The notes under the pieces are model-generated. The model ran no database searches. It was not told where the DNA came from and saw nothing but the letters and a program-made list of their open reading frames with translations. Both the position numbers and the translations under genes were made by a program. 64,000 bases of DNA from Octopus sinensis (taxonomy: Eukaryota): positions 53,382,001 to 53,446,000 of the forward strand of contig NC_043009.1 in NCBI RefSeq assembly GCF_006345805.1. The letters are read 5' to 3'. Each line of letters begins with the position of its first letter. Position 1 is the stretch's first letter. Positions 57,370-64,000 of the stretch are shown in pieces.

Positions 57370-57768
57370 TAGGCGCAGGAGTGGCTGTGTGGTAAGTAGC
57401 TTGCTAACCAACCACATGGTTCTGGGTTCAGTCCCACCGCGTGGCATCTTGGGCAAGTGTCTTCTGCTATAGCCCCGGGCCGACCAATGCCTTGTGAGTG
57501 GATTTTGTAAACGGAAACTGAAAGAAGCCTGTCGTATATATTGTATATGTATATATATGTATGTGTTTGTGTATCTGTGTTTGTCCCCCTAGCATTGCTT
57601 GACAGCCGATGCTGGTGTGTTTACGTCCCCGTCACGTAGCAGTTCGGCAAAAGAGACTGATAGAATAAGTACTGGGCTTACAAAGAATAAGTCCCGGGGT
57701 CGATTTGCTCGACTAAAGGCGGTGCTCCAGCATGGCCGCAGTCAAATGACTGAAACAAGTAAAAGAGT
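57370..57768 (+). mobile_element. SINE family A, young full length
   Basis: Consensus-like. Confidence 0.95.
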
Positions 57769-57790
57769 ATATATATATATATATATATAT

Positions 57791-58060
57791 AAAAGGGCTT
57801 AGTAAAATAAATTACTTTGCCGCATACTGAACTCATTAGAAATAGCAGCTGAAAAAAACTTTTTTAAAACTATTTCTAATACTTAAGAATACTTAAAGAA
57901 TATGTCTCTACCCCCATATTTTCGTGAGTTGAATTGAGCAAACACTATATGAGAGAGGTTTTCTTTAAGTATTAGAAATAGTTTTAAAAAAGTTTTTTTT
58001 AGCTGCTATTTCTAATGAGTTCAGTATGCGGCAAAGTAATTTATTTTACTAAGCCCTTTT
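57791..58060. mobile_element. MITE with ~100-bp terminal inverted repeats in a TA context
   Basis: aaaagggcttagtaaaataaattactttgccgcatactgaactcattagaaatagcagct... is mirrored at 57967-58060. Confidence 0.85.
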
Positions 58061-58157
58061 ATATAATGTAATAATTTGAATTCGCCTTAAATGGTCCCTT
58101 TGCATACTGAATACTTGGTGAAATTGATTAATTAATTAATTTTACCCTCAATTGTTG

Positions 58158-58188
<31 letters not shown>

Positions 58189-58654
58189 CAATGAATGTAT
58201 ATGCATACCTAATATATGCATATATACAGAAACACAAACACACACATATATATGTATGATACTTGAATGTGCGTCAGCGTGCGTATATAGACGTGTGTGT
58301 AAGTATATGTGTACTGAAATCCTATACAATATTGTAACGTTAGAAAAAAGAGACTTGGGTACAGTTTGAGAGCCAGAGTTGTGCATCTAGACTACTAGAA
58401 CTTTTGATATGGGACACATATTTTTCCCCGAATGAATGTAACGTGTTATGAAATTACTTCTATTCGCGTCCCGAAGGAAAACTTAATATAACGTATACTC
58501 ACAATGGGAAAATTTAAAAAAAATTACTCATTATAAAGATAAGTTAATGAGTTTAGCGTTGCAAATTTCTGCAGTAGTTTGAAGAAAAAAAAAGTGATTT
58601 GTTTCAAAAAATAAAAAGTTAAGAGGCAAATACATTAGATTCTATATTTATTAT

Positions 58655-59151
<497 letters not shown>

Positions 59152-60234
59152 TATTTGCTTACTTTCTTGGGCATCTTCATGAAGCTCAATTATGTTCAGA
59201 ATTGCTTTAATGCAATAAATAATGCTGGAGAAATCATTATCCTTGCACCCACTTACGAAGGAGTGCTAAGTTTCTGGCTTTGGATAAAAGAAAATACAGG
59301 AGGATCAATTAATTAGGAATTTATTCAAAATATTCTCCTCTCAGGTTTACACACTTATTATAGCTGAGCTTCAGTTTTTTAAAGCTCACGGAAAGAACTC
59401 AGAAAGTTGGGCCTCCAACCAAGACTTTCGTTATAGCCTTACAGCCACGAACTTGTCAGCACCCGGTCTTAATATTGTTAGCATGTTTGTGAAGTGATTT
59501 ATCGAAATTATTCTGAATTATATGATTGTATCTATATTAAATATTAACAAACCCGAAGAAAGCTGGCTACTGCTACTAGTGTCTAATAGACATGTTTAGT
59601 TATGCTATGATGTTATAGTCTGATGAAAACCACACAAACGTCGAGAGATGGAGTCTGAATAAATTAGTTTCGTCCTTCATTTGATGCATCAGAGATCGTT
59701 TACTTTACCTCTCAGCTGCCGAAGTTAAAAAGAATACACCTTTTTTTTAAAAGTGTGAACAAATTTTTATAGAGGAGAATGAGTTTACATAACTTTAGTT
59801 ACATATTTACTAATGGGATTTAATTACAAAAGCACCAATACACTGCCCTGATGAATAAATGTGAAATCGGAAATCTATACAATACAAACAGTTTATGGTT
59901 TCATAGCAAAACTAAATATATAATTATGAACAGCACAGCGTTATATACTATATACAAATACCTATTCATACAGAACAGCATTGTGATACGTTTCTGCTAC
60001 ACACACACAAACACACACATACACACACACACACACACACAAACACAAACACACATGCACGCACATACACATTCATACACACACACATTCATACACACAC
60101 ACACACACAAAAAAACACACACACACATTCACGCACACACACATCGATATATGTCTTTATTAATACCAATATCTACATCTATATATATTTGTGTCACTGT
60201 CTCTCCAAAATCTCCGTGTGTGTGTTTGTGCGTG

Positions 60235-60269
<35 letters not shown>

Positions 60270-61273
60270 TTATATATATATTTATATATCTACATATGTC
60301 TGTCTTTGTGTATATGTAAATATGTATGTATGTATCTTTATATATGCATTCCTCTCTTTTTCTGTCACTCTTTATATATATACATACATATATGTATATA
60401 TATGCGCGCGCGCGTGTGTGTTCTTTTTCAGGTTCCATACGATTGAGTGTTTACACGAAGAGCGCAGGAGAATATATTACTGAATAAGAGATAGAGAGAA
60501 ACGATAGATGTAGAGAAAGAAGGAAATACAGAGAGAAAGAAAGAGAGAGAGAGAGAGGTGAGGGTATGTGCGGGGAAATGGAGTGTGTATATGTGTAGGT
60601 ATAGACAGACATTCATTGCAGACGATGCAATGAGCTAATTTATCCAATTAGTGTTAATAGGTAAGCGAAGTAATAATTCTACGTAGAGGTCTATTATACA
60701 GAGAAAGGTGATTTGTGTAGAAACAGAATCATGTGTCTAAAACGTTTAGCAAAATCTTTGAATAGAAGCAAAGTTTATATAAACGTCTTGAATATCTAAA
60801 CGCGTTTATCGCATCGGTAATTTTCACCGATACTTAATATGTCAGAACTAAGATCAGAGTTCAAATACAGAATGTATTTAGTACGAGATTTAATCAGTAG
60901 CATATATGAGCATCTGTCTCCAAAGGTCGAGTGTAATAGGACATTTAGAGAATTATATCTTGCATGGTTATGCAGCATTAGCCAAGCATTACTCGATAAT
61001 TACCCTAGGTTATTCGATCATTACTCAGAAGAGCGTAAATTAAACAGTCCTGTGAAAGAAAATGGGTTCTGGATATATGAGGTATGTTAGATAACAACGA
61101 CAAAAAGGGTGAATGAATTTGACAAACACACGCACAATCGCATGCACACAAATATAGGCGTGTGAGTATGTGTGTATACACACACACACACAAACACATT
61201 CAAACACACACAAACACATTCACACACACATATATAAATATAAATAAATATATATATACATATATACATACAT

Positions 61274-61305
<32 letters not shown>

Positions 61306-61419
61306 GCATGTACACATACTTTAGTGTGTGTGTGCATCTGAGTGTGTATGTATATATGTATATGTATATATGTATGTATATATATACACATTCACACACA
61401 CATATATGTATATAAATAA

Positions 61420-61472
<53 letters not shown>

Positions 61473-62065
61473 TGTACACATACTTACGTGTGTGTGTGCA
61501 TCTGAGTGTATATGTATATATGTATATATGTATATATGTATGTATGTATATATATAATATATATATATTATAATATATATATATATTATATATATATATA
61601 TATATATACACACAGAGACGCATGTTTTTGTATATGTATAAACACAGACACAAATCACTGCGCGTGCACAAATCACGTAAATAGCTTCTACACGCGCTGA
61701 GATTATTCAATATATTCGCTTTTATCTACGCTATGTCCCCCGCCCTGCGCAAGCACATATAGTCTCACGCACCATTTACTTTCGTACTCTTTGGTCATTA
61801 TGTTCTTTGAGTAACCTCTTCTTAAAAAAAAAACACCCCACATATTTACGAAATTCTTATCTTCTAGCTTTCAAGCAGCTCTCCCCAAAATACCTGAACT
61901 TAATATCTCCTTTATTATATTTTATTTAAATTCCTATTTCTCTATAAGTTCTTGGATTTTTTCTATACATCTACACACGTGTAAGTAAAGCCATACAAAT
62001 TAGATTACACACATTTAATTTGTTTAAATTATACACACGCACATAATTTACACCACAATCTGTAT

Positions 62066-62286
62066 CTTTATTACCCACAAGGGGCTAAACATAGAGGGGA
62101 CAAACAAGGACAGACAAAAGGATTAAGTCGACCACATGGACCCCAGTGCGTAACTGGTACTTAATTTATCGACCCCGAAAGGATGAAAGGCAAAGTCGAC
62201 CTCGGCGGAATTTGAACTCAGAACGTAACGGCAGAGAAATACAGCTACGCATTTCGCCCGGCGTGCTAACGGTTCTGCCAGCTCAC
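62066..62286 (-). mobile_element. SINE family C, young
   Basis: Reverse complement aligns with 50729-50960. Confidence 0.92.
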
Positions 62287-63664
62287 GTACATACTCTGAA
62301 GACACATACACTTACTATTGTCTATGCACCCTGCCCCAAATATAAGTCACAAATACTCACTCACAAAGAAAACACGCAATCTTTCTTACAAATATAAGCA
62401 TACTATGAATATAAACGCAAACCATAAGTTCGTTATGTTTCTTGAGTAACCTCTTCTTTAAAAAACCACTACATGTTAACATTATCTACCATCTTTTAAC
62501 CAGACCACCCCCAAATACATGAACTTAATATTTCATTGACTATATGTTATCTAAATTTATTTTTCTCTAAAGCCTCCTCACTGTTCACTGTTCATGTAAT
62601 ATTTAAAAATCTTTCACACACCTTCAGCTTCGCATCATCTTTTTATCTTTTAAGTTCTAAATTTTAACATTTTTGATTTTGTCATTTTTCTACATTTTCT
62701 ATCGCTTTTTCTTCATTGTTCAGTTCTGTCATTCTTAGCTGCTGCTTTCCCCATCGCTAACTGCTAACTTCTCAAGAATCACTTCCTTCTACCTGTTCAT
62801 TCATCCTAACTTAACTTTACTTCTCACCATCCTACCAGGGCGATACTATGGTTCTCTGTTCTAAACTCATACCACATACCTGATATATACCAGTGTCTGT
62901 TTGCACGTCTCCATATATTCAAGTAAATTACAATATACAGGTATTTATATAATACACAGACACTAAGTAGAGTAAGTTTACCAACATCACATGGTTTATC
63001 ATAGACAAAACCCTTACAGTCAATAACACTGGTTAACACAGTTTTTGTCCTTGGGTAGCAACTGTTATTTCTTATTTTCTTATTCTTAGGAAATATGAAA
63101 AAAATGTGCTTTGGTTACATTTATTCAAACCCCAAAGAATCTCTCTCAAAGCATGGCTATGATGCTCCCCCATTACTCCTGCTCACGTTTAGTGATGCAA
63201 TATTATCAGGCACTGAGGCACATCTTCAAATGTTTAAGGTCAAGCAACTGAAGGTAAATCTGAGGTGATGAGCAGAACATTTACTATAACGATTTTTCTG
63301 CTTCAATAACTCGGTTCTGAATCTGTCTGAAATGTAATGGAAAATAGGACAGTTTCAAAGCATTGATGTCCAAGCCACAAATGCAAAGTTTGACGGAAAT
63401 AATAGTTACTTCTTTTGAATTCTAGATAGAACCAAACAGGAATTAACACTTACTGAGCAAAGATAAAAAGAAATTAAAACTTTGTTACACAGTGTAATAT
63501 TTTAAGGTTTTGCGTTTAATTTTTTTTATTGGAAGAGGGAAATGATATGAAGAAAACAAGAATCTATCGTGTATGGTACTTAGTATACTTTTTTATAATG
63601 GACTATTGAACGTGTATATAGTGTTTGTTAGCAACAGTGTGTTAGCAATTTATGTGTTAATATA

Positions 63665-63835
63665 TAGGCGTAGGAGTGACTGTATGGTAAGTAGCTTGCT
63701 TACAAACCACATGGTTCCGGGCTCAGTCCCACTGTGTGGTACCTTGGGTAAGTGTCTTCTACTATAGCATTGGGCCTACCAAAGCCTTGTCCGTGGATTT
63801 GGTAGACGGAAACTGAAAGAAGCCTTTCTTATATA

Positions 63836-63882
<47 letters not shown>

Positions 63883-64000
63883 GTGTGTATGTGTTTGTGT
63901 GTCTGTGTTTGCCCCTCAAACTCAGCTTGACAACCGATGCTGGTGTTTTTACGTCCCCGTAACTTAGCGGTTCGGCAAAGGAGACCAATAGAATAAGTAC
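63665..64000 (+). mobile_element. SINE family A, cut by the window end
   Basis: Head, core, internal microsatellite and start of the tail. Confidence 0.9.

Noticed and set aside
62860-62960. Minus-strand tcag|gtatgt with a WYISGMW peptide as a candidate upstream receptor exon
   Set aside because: Wrong phase for joining the phase-0 acceptor at 55125, and no convincing family motif.

Overview
Eukaryotic, AT-rich, microsatellite-saturated genomic DNA. The SINE families and repeat landscape suggest an octopus (coleoid cephalopod); this is inferred, not database-checked. The only clearly supported cellular gene is a minus-strand GABA-B-type class C GPCR that most resembles the insect GABA-B-R3 branch. 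Four canonically spliced exons (54871-55125, 40496-40556, 36466-36555, 24733-24883) join in phase and encode the end of the Venus-flytrap domain through TM1. The ORF track misses them because they lack start codons. The rest of the window appears to be intronic: tRNA-derived SINEs of at least three families, decayed RTE, RLE-type and Penelope-like (PLE) retroelements, pogo/Tigger, mariner and Tc1 relics, a non-autonomous Helitron, three long hairpins and a 1.8-kb minisatellite. The most unusual observations are: (1) a PLE GIY-YIG endonuclease with a ~140-codon in-frame Ser/Thr/Asp-rich expansion between its two catalytic motifs; (2) two hammerhead-ribozyme motifs, one in that element's 3' region and one in a separate PLE-like fragment; (3) a ~74-bp tandem array packed with STAT-, NF-kB- and ETS-like motifs; (4) two near-identical inverted SINEs bracketing the symmetric 255-bp receptor exon, a circRNA/exon-skipping/ADAR-type configuration. 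Almost all long ORFs in the supplied track are microsatellite artefacts.
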